The position numbers and the translations under genes are program-made. Positions 50,260 to 61,327 of a DNA stretch of 64,000 nt are shown here, one piece after another. This DNA comes from Microthyrium microscopicum (Eukaryota): assembly GCA_010405405.1 (NCBI GenBank), contig MU004237.1, positions 941,345 to 1,005,344 of the forward strand. Reading direction: 5' to 3'. A model generated the notes under the pieces. The model was not told where the DNA came from, searched no databases, and saw only the letters and a list, made by a program, of their open reading frames with translations. Numbering within the stretch: position 1 is the first letter of the stretch; the number at the start of each line of letters is the position of its first letter.

Positions 50260-51909
50260 TCAAGTAAATGCAGCAATAGCCTTATCCAAAGCATCAATAG
50301 GTCTTTGCGCCATTGGCGCTGAGATCATGTGAAGTAGCGAAGGTAGCTTGGCATCAATGGCCGCGTTCATTGCCAAAGCGGCAACCTTCTGTGCTTGGAG
50401 AGTCTTGAGAATCTCCGCCTTGTTGCTCTTGAATGCCTCCTTACGAGCTACCAACTTCTCGAGGGCATTCTCTGTAGCAGTGGTCAGTTGATCGCCGGGT
50501 GCCATCATTCCGATGGCGCTGATGATATCAACTTGACCGGCTTGGGCGTTGACGCTCTTGGTGGTCTTCTCAAGTGCGGCGAGGGTAGCTTCGGAGGCTG
50601 CAAGGAGAGTCTTCAGGCTAGTGCTGTTGCCGCTGACGGCAGCATCGAGTTTGTCGACTTGGTCGTGGACGTTGCCATAGCCAGTGATGATGACATTGAC
50701 GTCGGCTGGGGTGCCGCCGGAGCCAAAGAGGCTGCCGAGTCCGCCAAGGATTGAGCCAATGTCGAATCCGGTGAAAGGAGCGGCGGTGGTTGCTGGTACA
50801 GGTGCAGCGGCTGGGGTTGGTACAGATGGTGCCTTTGCGAGGGGAGCGCCGGTACCGAGCGGTGCTTTGGGGCTGGGACTCACAACAACAGTAGAGGGTA
50901 CCACGATGGTTGTGGTATTAGCATATGGAGCCTTTGCGGTTGGGAGCACAGGGGCGTGAGCTGAAGCACCAGTAGGCTTAATGGCTCCAGTGGGAAGGAG
51001 GGTAGGTTTGATAGGGGTAGCGTGGGCAACAGTGGTAGAGTTAGCAACAGGAGCCTGTGATGTTGGAAGGACTGCATGAGATGACGCCCACTCGGGCTTC
51101 ACGGCGCCGCTGGGTAGAAGAGTAGGCTTGATTGGAGTCGCTGCCGCAGCAGTAGTAGAGTTGGCAAACGGGCCCTTGGCGGTAGGGTGGAGTAGAGGGC
51201 CTACTGAGGCACCAGTAGGCTTAACAGCACCGCTAGGGAGAAGAGTAGGCTTGACGGGGGTGGCGTGCGCAACGGTGGTAGAGTTGGCAATAGGAGCCTT
51301 TGATGTTGGAAGGACTGCATGAGATGAAGCCCAGTCGGGCTTCACGGCGCCGCTGGGTAGAAGAGTGGGCTTGATTGGAGTCGCTGCCGCAGCAGTAGTA
51401 GAGTTGGCAAACGGGCCTTTTGGAAGAGGAGCAACAGGCAATGCCGGAGCCTTTGCTATTCCAGTTGACAGAGCGGGAGCTGGAGTAGCTACAATGCTTG
51501 ATGTGGCAATAGGAACAACGATGTCTGCGGTCGACGATGTCGACGATACTGCAGATGTTGCAGATGTCGCAGGAGCTTCAGCGCTGGGCACGACTTCAGG
51601 ACTGGCAGCCTTTGGTGATTTTGGAAATCCTTTGCCTTTTCCGCTGCCAGATTTTCCTGTACCCAAAAGTATGAGATACTAGTTCATGAGAGATATATCA
51701 GATGGCAGAAACTTACCTCCAAAACCTCCTTGACCTTTGGGAAAACCACCGAAGCCACCCATTCCTCCTTGTTTGGGAAAGCCACCAAAGCCACCTTGAC
51801 CTTTGGGTCGGTTACCACCATTTCCACCAAACATTCCTCCGGGGAACTGAGGAAGAGCCTCAGTGAGGGCAAGAGTGGCCAAAGCCACAGTGACGGAAGT
51901 GAGCTTCAT
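50260..51909 (-). CDS. Secreted cell-wall protein: Gly-rich N-terminus, Pro/Thr/Ala repeats, C-terminal HsbA/Mp1p-like helical domain
   Basis: Signal peptide MKLTSVTVALATLALTEA. Intron at about 51659-51716. NST glycosylation repeats. C-terminal ...LVARKEAF..ILKTLQAQK..AIDAKLP..AIAAFT. Confidence 0.82.
50962..51421. repeat. Near-identical coding tandem repeat, period 243 bp (81 aa), about 2 copies
   Basis: TGTTGGAAGGACTGCATGAGATGA...TTGGCAAACGGGCC occurs at about 51061 and 51304. Confidence 0.9.
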
Positions 51910-52871
51910 CGTGAGATATGTCTATAGAAGTTAGGATACTGTCTATAAAAACCTAGAAGATAGTGACTTACTAGTAAGGGAGCGGTAAGGACTGACAGCA
52001 CTGAACGTTTGCTGATCGGCAAAGAGCAGTCACCCCAGAGGTATATATCCCATAACGCTCGGGGTCTTTCATCATTCTTTCGCCATATGCGATGGTATGG
52101 TCTACCAAGTTGTTTACGTCCTGGTAATTTGGAAAATGCGCAAAAAACAGACCGAACGCATTGTGTGTATATTAGCTGAAAAGTACAATGTCCAGCTTTT
52201 CCTATAAGGCTAGCAGAAAGGTTTAATTGAACACGGACGTGTTAGCTGTCAACCAATCTATCTAATACACCATCTAGCCGGCAAACGTAGCTGCCAATAC
52301 TTCTTGATGGTTTGCGATTGTCCACTCACCGTTTGGCTTTTCTATACATCCTGGTAATTCCGTTCAGGAACAGTGCTAGGCGTACGTATAAGAAGGATGT
52401 TATAGTCCTAGCAAAGCGGCGCGCATTCTTGCTATAGTGTTATATGCCCACCGTACGTTATTAATCCAGCGGTGGCACATGGACAGCCCAGATCGAATAT
52501 TGATTTGAATCTAATAATTGGTTGATGAGCACAACTGTCGAGAGAATGGTACACCGTTCGTTACACTATCTCTATCATTTCTTCAAAATTTGAGGACTGG
52601 GGCATTGTCCGGGTTGAATAGTATGGCTTGATGCTCGCATAGATAACTGCCGGACTGTTTGGAGCTTGGCAATCTTGAAAAACTCAATAAGGATAATTTC
52701 CTGGCTCGCAATGACGGAAGATCGCTCGGCGGATTCCACGAACCTGTTGGATCTACGGGAAGTAAGTCTGGTGGTGAAGGACTCTAGTCCGCTTCCGGAA
52801 CAAACAAGTCCTAAAATTCGGCCTGCCCTCGACCTGGTAAAAGTAACTGTTTCACCGCGTAGTTGATTGCC

Positions 52872-54918
52872 TCATTTACGAGGGCTGAACTTGATCCAGC
52901 ATTCATGTTCCTATACAAGTTGAGCAAGATGAGCAAATTGGAGTACGGCTGGCTGTTTGAATACCTTGACTTGTGATAGTTGAACGTCGTGGAATACCTC
53001 GAAGCGACTCGTGATTCCCGGCGTAGCCTTGTCCATCTCTGGGGTTATTGAGACTCTAAAATTGCGGAGCAACGCAGCCTATCCGATGTTAGCGTAACAA
53101 TAATTGATAGTTGTGATCAGAATGGGGTGCGGTTTGTCAATTATGCAACGCATCCCAATGGGGACGTGAGTATCGCAACATGCTAATCCAGGTTTCCGTC
53201 GGAATATTCTTGGACCAGGATTTCAGCAGATTGGGATTTGCTTTCTCGTATGGGGGGCCCTTACCACTAACACGGTCATTTCTGCCATCGCAAGACTAGG
53301 TTAATCAGCAATGATGTTCACCAGTACAACTCCTATCGCAACTTACTGCAAGCCAATGCACATCCGACCTCCACTAGAAAAAGCCCAGAACCACTTCTTC
53401 ATTTCAGCCAGCTTGTTCCGATCATTGGTCAACCATCGTTCCGGTTTGAAATCTAATGGCTCATGGAAAACATGGCCATTTCTGTGCAATGAGAATGGCG
53501 ACATGCTGACGACGGTCCTCTCAGGAATTGTGTAGCCGTCTATGATAGTGAGACCAGGATATGCTCGGGGCTCAGATGCTGGAAGAGGAGCATAGAGCCT
53601 AAGGGTCTCTTTGACGATTGCGTCAAGATATCTCAGCTTGTCGCACGCTTCGACAGATGGTATTCCATTCTCGTCTAGATCGGATTCTGATATCTGGTCA
53701 ACCTGGATGTGGTCAGTAAACTGAATATAGATTCTGTAGGCAGAACCGATCCCGAAGACAGATACAGAATCCTTTAGCAGGCTGAACGAACCTCTCGAAT
53801 AAGCTTTTCTTGGTACTCTTGATTACAAGGCCTTGCAAGAGCCCAAACCAGAAACATTAGGCTATCACTGGTGGTATCAATACCAGCCAACAAATGATCC
53901 GCTGCCTCTGATGCTAAATCCAGGTCATCAAGACCCCCATCCATCTGACTAGTGTGATAATCTCGTAGGCGCTCAATGATCGACAGCTTGGTGTCAGAAG
54001 CAGCCATAAATTTAGTTGATTCTTGAAACTTCTTCCATGCATCCAGAGCATGTTGCCGAATACCAGTATACGTTGTTGGCTTTTGCATAGGATAGAATTG
54101 ACGAGCTACGACTTCAGACAAGCCAGTTCGAGAATATAGCCATTTGGTGACTCTTGGAAAGTGGACAGCAAACCACGATAGTCGCCTTCTAGAGGTATCC
54201 ATGATATCATTGAGCAATTTGCGGTCGTTCACATTTCCCGTAAGACATGCTGTAGCACCCCAGTCTGCGTAAAGAAACTTTGTGATGGCGTCCAGAGCAA
54301 AGTAATGCAGACTGCTGAATATCTCGTCAACGCAATCTTTTTGCCCACGAATATAGCCCAGATAGTCGTGCACTTTTTGCTGAATCAAAGTTGCGGTGTA
54401 ACCTTTGAGCATCACAGATTTCGAGTAGGCATGAGCCAGCAGTTTCTTCCGATCTCCATGTGATTTGACTGAATGAAAGGTAAAGAGATTCTTGCGTCCA
54501 TACACATCAAACATGTCATAGAAACTGGTTCGTTCAAAGCCACTGCCTGCGCCATAAATGGTCTTCAGCGCTGTAAGGCTGTTGAATGACACCTCTTCTG
54601 GTCCAATGCGAACCACTGGTCCATATTTGGCATGGAGGCGTTCGATCTTCCGAGTTCGTGTTCCTTTCCAATCATCGTATGCTAGTCGCCAGCTTGTACC
54701 TGAAAGTTGTTAGGTCAAGCTAAACTTGGATAGACATGGCTCTTCAATGGTTTCAAAGGATTGAAGGCCAAGAAGAATTGCTCTTTTCGCAGACGGGATA
54801 TCTTACAAGCGTATAGCTTTGGCCCAGGAATCTTCGACAAGGAGCCCGTGAACAATCGCCGAATGATTAGCAGAAGCCCGACACCTAAGCTAAGGATGAG
54901 ATAGCCAAGGTAGAACAT
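52872..54918 (-). CDS. Cytochrome P450
   Basis: IPGP, YGPVVRIGP, AGIDTT, KETLR, FKPERW and FSSGGRMCIG. Five introns. Ends EHECWIKFSPRK*. Confidence 0.92.
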
Positions 54919-55343
54919 GATACCCGCTGCTCAACAAAACAGTTCATTCAAATGGAAGATGGTTTTATATAGGCGTGTCTTTCTTGTACAATGCCCTGTA
55001 TCTCAGATGAAAGAAGCGATGCCGGGTCTGGCGGGGAAAGAGGGTTCGTTGAAAGCAAGCGCAACTCAGGTGAAACCTGCTCGTGCTTCTCCTTCTCCTC
55101 GTCAAAGACTGGTTCACTGATGTCATGGTAAAAGAAATGGATAGAAGAAAGTTATGGTGGTTTGTTGCTACTTGCAAACGACAAAATAAGCTAGATACGG
55201 TATCGGCAAGGGCGCGACTCTTGGTGGCGTCAGACAAGACGCGTCTGAATGACACTGTACACATTCTCAATTCGCCCGATTAATTCATTGATGTTCGATG
55301 TCTCATCAGCTTTACAAAGTCCAACCATAAAAGTAGTTTTTTT

Positions 55344-55383
55344 TAGACAAAAGTAGACAAAAGTAGACAAAAGTAGACCAAAG
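55344..55383. repeat. Minisatellite (TAGACAAAAG), about 4 copies
   Basis: tagacaaaag x3 followed by tagaccaaag. Confidence 0.9.
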
Positions 55384-55970
55384 ATGTCTTGATGTCCTTA
55401 CCTAAGGAAAATGACTTTTTTGCATCGCAAGTCTAATCTCTCCTTATTGACCAAAATGAAGGCTAATTGTGTGAAGTACCAGCAGCGCGGGAAGACATTC
55501 GCCGTACAGAGTCTCCTTTGAATTACTCTAAGACGCTTCACGAAACAAGAGTCAGAGAGATTGCACAATTTGCACTTACTCGATGCGAACATGTTTCTCA
55601 CCATCAAATCACTCTGCTTATAATTAAACAACGTGATCTGCAGGCGAGAAGGCTCCAAAAGGTGCCAGAAGTTGTTCTTCGCTAGTGTTTAACTTGTTCA
55701 CAATCATGGACTGACTGGCAAGTTGATAATATAGCGTGCTAGTCGTTTCTGGCTGATTGTTCTGCGATCGATCTGGGAAGCTGTTTTATAAGATTTGGTC
55801 GGCTCCAAGGTCATTTCACAATGGTCTTAGCAATGTAATGTTGATCATGTTCATAAAAGACTGCTAAAGAGTCCTTCTTGATTGCCATTCCACAATACAA
55901 TCAGAGGAATTTTATCCCGAATGCAATAATTCGCCGTACCGAACCCAGACATGCCGTACCAGAACAAAAT

Positions 55971-56554
55971 CTATGACTTTTCTGCCTTCTCCTTCTTCTT
56001 CGCGGCATGATCGCGGCCGACCTTGATGCGTTCGAGCAGGCTGGTTCGGTCCTTGTCCTCCTTGATCTTTGTGATGATGACTTTGGATGGTTGAACTGCG
56101 GCGGGGATGGATTGACCGTTGACTTTCTCGCGGGTGAGACGTTCGACGTGAATGATGTCTGGTAATGCTATTAGCTCGTCCCCTCGATCATCAAATGCAA
56201 AACACACATTTCAACCGGTATACAGCGGCGACCTTGCCCTCACGACCCTTGTGTGTTCCACGAACAATTTGGACTTCGTCATCTTTTCGGATTGGGAGCG
56301 AGCGGACCTAGAAGACAGATTTTAGCCTCCAGCGGAAGAGTAATAGCGACGATCGATTCGGTGAACATACATTGTGCTTTTCGCGTAGTTCCTTGCTCAA
56401 AGGAGCAGACATGTTGATGCGACGCACACTGGAGGGGGCGCCAAAGTGAGTCTTGCGGCTCTTTCTCCGCGAGGAGTGAAGTCCTATAAATCCGAACGTT
56501 AGATAGATTGGCGTAACTTCCAGAGAGAATCATACCAGGAGTGAGATTGACCAT
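55971..56554 (-). CDS. RPL26: 60S ribosomal protein L26 (uL24)
   Basis: Spliced [73 protein letters not shown]. Three introns. Confidence 0.97.
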
Positions 56555-56690
56555 TTTGACGAGAGATTGGCGGATGATTGGAGTTGACGTCTAGTAAGAC
56601 TGAATCTTTTGCAGTCAATTTTGGCGGTTGATTCTGGGTGGGCCATTGCGATAGAGCGGGGCGGGAAAAACTGTTTCTCCGAGAGCCGCC

Positions 56691-56703
56691 AGGGCTAGGG
56701 CTA
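56691..56703. promoter_or_regulatory. Tandem AGGGCT(A) motif, Tbf1/ribosomal-protein promoter-like element
   Basis: AGGGCTAGGGCTA about 140 bp upstream of RPL26, in the divergent promoter. Resembles the TTAGGGCTA ribosomal-protein element. Confidence 0.45.
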
Positions 56704-56975
56704 CCCAAGCGCCACTTGATCGACTGAGACTTGACGCGCATCGCGACTTCTTCGACTACCGTACCCTGTTGTTTCTCCTACACCTCCACACTATAGATTC
56801 GTCGCGTTTAGTCTGAAAACGCCCACCGAGATAGCTTCAAACTCCTCTTGATCTCATCACCTCTTTTCGTTGGATTGCCGGGTCTCTGTATATATCTTGC
56901 GACCACCCGCAAGCCGCAGCTTGAGCAGCTCAACATCACCCGCGCATCTTCAGCGCATTCAAAATCAACAGCAGT

Positions 56976-59900
56976 ATGAGCCACGGGTACTCTGGAAACT
57001 ATTACCCTAATCAGGGCCAGCACAATCAACAAGCTGGTTACGGACTTCCTGTCCCTGGCCAGACTCAGCAAAACCACCAGACTACCCAGAATCGCTCCTA
57101 CGATCAGACGCATTCGGCCCACTCTGCTACCCATGCTAGAGCAACTTCCAACACTGCGAACCCATATGCGACCTATCAAGCTCCAACTCAACAACAAGCG
57201 GCACAACATCAGCCTACATATAACACATCGCAAGCTTGGTATGGCACCGCTACTTCTACGGCAATGGGCATAGACCCCGCCCAGCAAACTGCAGCATCTT
57301 TGCTCACTAGCGCATCACGACTAAGCCAGACCCGAACTGCAGATCCAACTCCGTCTACATCCTACAATAGATACGCGCAATCTTCATATAGTACCGATAA
57401 TAACACCTACAACGCCGCTCAACAACCTGCCCAGAGCCATTCCGTTTCTAATTCTGGCCAAACCTATCAAACGTACGGTGATCAGACATACCCAGCCACT
57501 CAACCAATTCAGCGCCCCAATAGCGTAGTGCAGCCTAAGAGACCGGCGTCGATTGTACAACAAGCATCTCCATCTCCGAGATTACAGGCACAAAATCAAC
57601 GTTCTGGTACTCAACAACAAGCTCAACACTATCAACACCAACAGGTTGCGCAAAGTCAAATAGAGCCAGCACGATCTGTCAGCCCAGCGCAGATACAAGC
57701 CTCTCGCCAATTGCAAAACCTTCAAGCAGATACTCGAGCTTCTGCAGCTTATCAATCGAGTACAATAAATCCAACACAGGTTTACGACCCTTGGCCAGAG
57801 TATAAACGCGAAATGGAGAAACGCCAAGCCAAGGAGGCTGCGGAGGCTGCTAAACGTGCAGAGCTAGAGGCGATCGAAAAGGCTAGGCAGGAGGAAGAGG
57901 CTCGCAAGGAAGAAGAGGCTCGCAAAGCAGAAGAAGAAAGAAAGGCAGCAGAAGAGGAAGAAGCAAAACGTGCCGCGCAAGCTGAGAAAGAGAGAGCTCG
58001 AAAAGAGAAAGCCAAACTTGCGAGACAAGAAAAGAAGAAAGCAGCCAAAAATATTCAAGAATCAGCACCTGCTACTCCAGCACCAGTGGATCCAGAGGCT
58101 CAAATTCGTGAAATGATGGCTAAGATCCGAGAAATGAACTCAAAACATCCCTCTCTGCTAGCCAAGATCTGGGAACAAGAACGAGAGAATCATGTTACTT
58201 CGTCGTCACCAGCCCAAGCATCGCCAGCACAAGAATCTCCTGTACCGGCGTCGCTACCTGTCCCACCTTCTGGTTCTTCATCCAAGAAACGGCCGTCAAA
58301 AGCGTCTGCTTCTAAATCAGCACCCATTCCGGCTCCTCTCCCGATTCCTTCACCTATTGTTGCTGCTACACCTACACCGCCTGCTAAAAAGGCTAAACAG
58401 GGAACTATTTGGCCAGCGGAAAAGAAGGAACAGTTATCTGAAATTGCTGCTCAATTCCTCAACAGCGTGCCGGATAATGAATCGCAACCCATAAGCAAGA
58501 CTCAGTTTCTAGCTATTCTTGACAAAAATCCAGGGTATATTGATTTGTGCGAGACTATCGAACGCATGGGATTGAAGTTTGACCGAGCGGAACTAGCAAG
58601 AACTTTACTGACTGGAGTTCCGGACATCAATAAATCAGCCCCTGCGGCTCAACAACATCGGGCCAATGTGGGTCGCAAGGTTTCGGATGTAGGTCCAGCA
58701 TCCAGATCCCTGGGAGCCGCGACTAGCCCTGGTTTGACTTCACCTCGAGCGCCTCTACCATATCACGTCTCACCTTTGACCACTACTCCAGCTCAGACTG
58801 AAAGTTGGCGAGGCATCAATCAAGTTACCCAAGACGATGTGCAGGAGCCTCCGCTTTTCCAGGACGATGATGGACCGCTCTTTCCCGATGCAGAACCTGA
58901 GCCGTCAGCCACGCCTGCTCCTTCCGAACCATTGACCAAAGCTGAGGCAGCAAGAAAACGGAATATTTCAGACCTCGTCGATTTAACAGTTGAATCTGAT
59001 GACGACCTCCCTCCTCCCCCACCTCCTAAAAAACAAAACATCAAATCTCCCTCTGTCGCGTCAACTCCACAACCATTTGGCGCCCCAGGCGCGTGGAACA
59101 GTTTTCGCGAAAACTCACCTCTACCCGCTCCACCTCCAATCGATCCCCTCTTGAATATGAATCCCGTTATTGCAAATATACAATATCGCTACGCCTCAGC
59201 GCTTGAGGACAAGTGCCGCAATGTAGCCGTTGCCAAGCCTGTGGATCGCAACAAGGTCAAGCGACGGTCTCACTACAGAGTATCAACCCTTGCTAGAGAT
59301 ATCCTATTAGCCACTGGCAAGCACCCTACACTTGCCCCTCTAAATGCACACCTGGACATACTCAAAACGTCGATTGCAAAGCTCGGGTCGCACGGCAATC
59401 GCATTGACCATAACACCGACCTCAGCACGTTACGATGGGATGTTCTCGATCCAGGTCAGCCTCTCCCTGAAGCTCTACCCCCCAAGGCTCCGGAGGTGCC
59501 TCGGGTTATAGATACATCGATGGATCTCGATAACGACGCGATGGATGTGGATACCTTTAGGGTTGTTCCAAACTCAGCGAAGTCAACAGCGATGCCAACT
59601 GGCGCAACCGAACCATATCAACCATATGTTCAGTTCAAGGCTAAACCTGTTCCATCACGAGGATCGGCAGGACGAGGTCGTCCCCGTGGACGCCCTAGTG
59701 GTTCTGGGCGCCGTTTTGGTGCAGGCTCCCCTTCCGTTGCGCGAACTTCCGCAGGCGCAAGTGGCGCGGCGGAATTTGCGCCACAGCCTCAGCCACGTAA
59801 CAACCACCTCAACGACACAACTCCCAGTCAACCCAAACGATCTCATCATTCCACTCCTAAATCCGCGCCTGCGCCCACGACAAAAATGGACGGTACGCCA

Positions 59901-60811
59901 ATGGAAGGCTACGCGGCCATTCGTGCTGCTGCCGCCCTCAATGGTCATTCCGCCGAGCAGCCCAAGAGACGCGGCCGCCCTGTCGGCTGGCGCAAAGCTC
60001 TCCATCAAAAGGCACCAGGCCCCGGCCGCCCTGCCAAACACGCCGACTCCGAGCCAGAGCCCGAACCTACTCCTGCCCACGATACCGTCTTCGACTGCAA
60101 ATGGCAAGCGTGCCACGCGAAACTTCACAATCTATCCACACTCCGCAAGCATTTACACAAGGTGCATGGCGCGTCGCTCGCGTCCGCCAACGCGCTCACA
60201 TGTCTATGGGACGGCTGTGGTCGCAGTCAAAAGATTCTCGACAATGAGGGCAAGATCGTGGACGCGCGAACACATTTCACATTTAGTGACTTTGACGCGT
60301 GGTCGGCGCACATTGAGCAGAGTCACGTCGGGCCCATAAGTTGGACACACGGCGATGGCCGCACTGCTGGTTTTGCAGGTACTTGAACAGAAACTTCCGC
60401 GGATTTTTACTCGCGGTGTTCCTTCCATCCCCATTGGTTTTGTATATTTTTTGTCAAGTATTCTCACATGTTATTCCTTGCACAGATGGTCGAGGCTCTG
60501 TCGTCTCTGACGCGTACCTCTATGATTCAGATGGTAATCAGGTTACACCACGAGTCACTACTCCCCCAGGATACAAGAATATGACATTGGCTGCCGCCAA
60601 GCAGCTTGTACGTGCGGCGGCCACCAAGTCGAAAAAGAAGGCGGCTTTGGATGCAATGGAGGAACAACATCGATTGGCGCGGACCTTTGGGACTGGTGTT
60701 CAGATTGAGGATATTACCAGTATCGAGATCAAGGACGAGAATGTTAAAGAGAGCAAGGACGACACTAGTGATGAGAGTAACGATAGTGCTGTGGAACAGG
60801 AACAACACTAG
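56976..60811 (+). CDS. Large low-complexity nuclear protein with AT-hooks and C2H2-type zinc fingers
   Basis: Q/Y-rich N-terminus, coiled coil, GRGRPRGRP and KRRGRP AT-hooks, CKWQAC..LRKHLHKVH. Intron at about 60380-60485. Confidence 0.85.
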
Positions 60812-61327
60812 CAGATCATACGACTTTATTGTGCGAGCAATCTCTTGTACGAGGCTGGCGGTAGCACTCGTACAATTGCATTGCGGGCATTTGTTTTGTG
60901 TATATAATAGCTTCACCCTTGAATATCAATAGTTCCGGCTGCGGGTACTAAACGGGTCTTGTGCCATGTCACTAGACACCTGTGTGAAGGTACTGGGTGG
61001 GAAAAATGGATGTTAATGTGTCACTAGTGGCTAGTACGAACATCGGCGAGGATTAATAGTGGGCGTGACCAATCTGGGAGTTTGGGCACAGTACAAGCCT
61101 ATAGTTTGAGGTATGTATAACCTCAGGATGTTTCGCGGTTATGCTGTATGTGATGTGTGATTGTGCGAGCAGCAGAAGTCTACTCCAGCTTCGGAAGAAT
61201 ACCATCATCATAAACTAATTACAAGCCAGGACACGGTCGTATCTCATCCAGGCTTCTAACTTTACCCTCGGCTCTTATAGCAATCCTGATCCATCGAAGC
61301 ATTATCGAGCAGTAAACTACCGATATC

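Noticed and set aside
53081..53263. TPP riboswitch in the long P450 intron
   Set aside because: The conserved CTGAGA and downstream GATNNNGNTAAT..GCG core are not present.
38248..54918. Possible secondary-metabolite cluster (Zn2Cys6 TF, cupin, TauD, two P450s)
   Set aside because: No backbone enzyme (PKS, NRPS, terpene synthase, DMATS) in the window, and the genes are interleaved with unrelated ones (QNG1, cell wall protein).
55344..55383. Repeat array as CRISPR-like
   Set aside because: A 10-bp tandem unit with no spacers, in a eukaryotic genome; an ordinary minisatellite.
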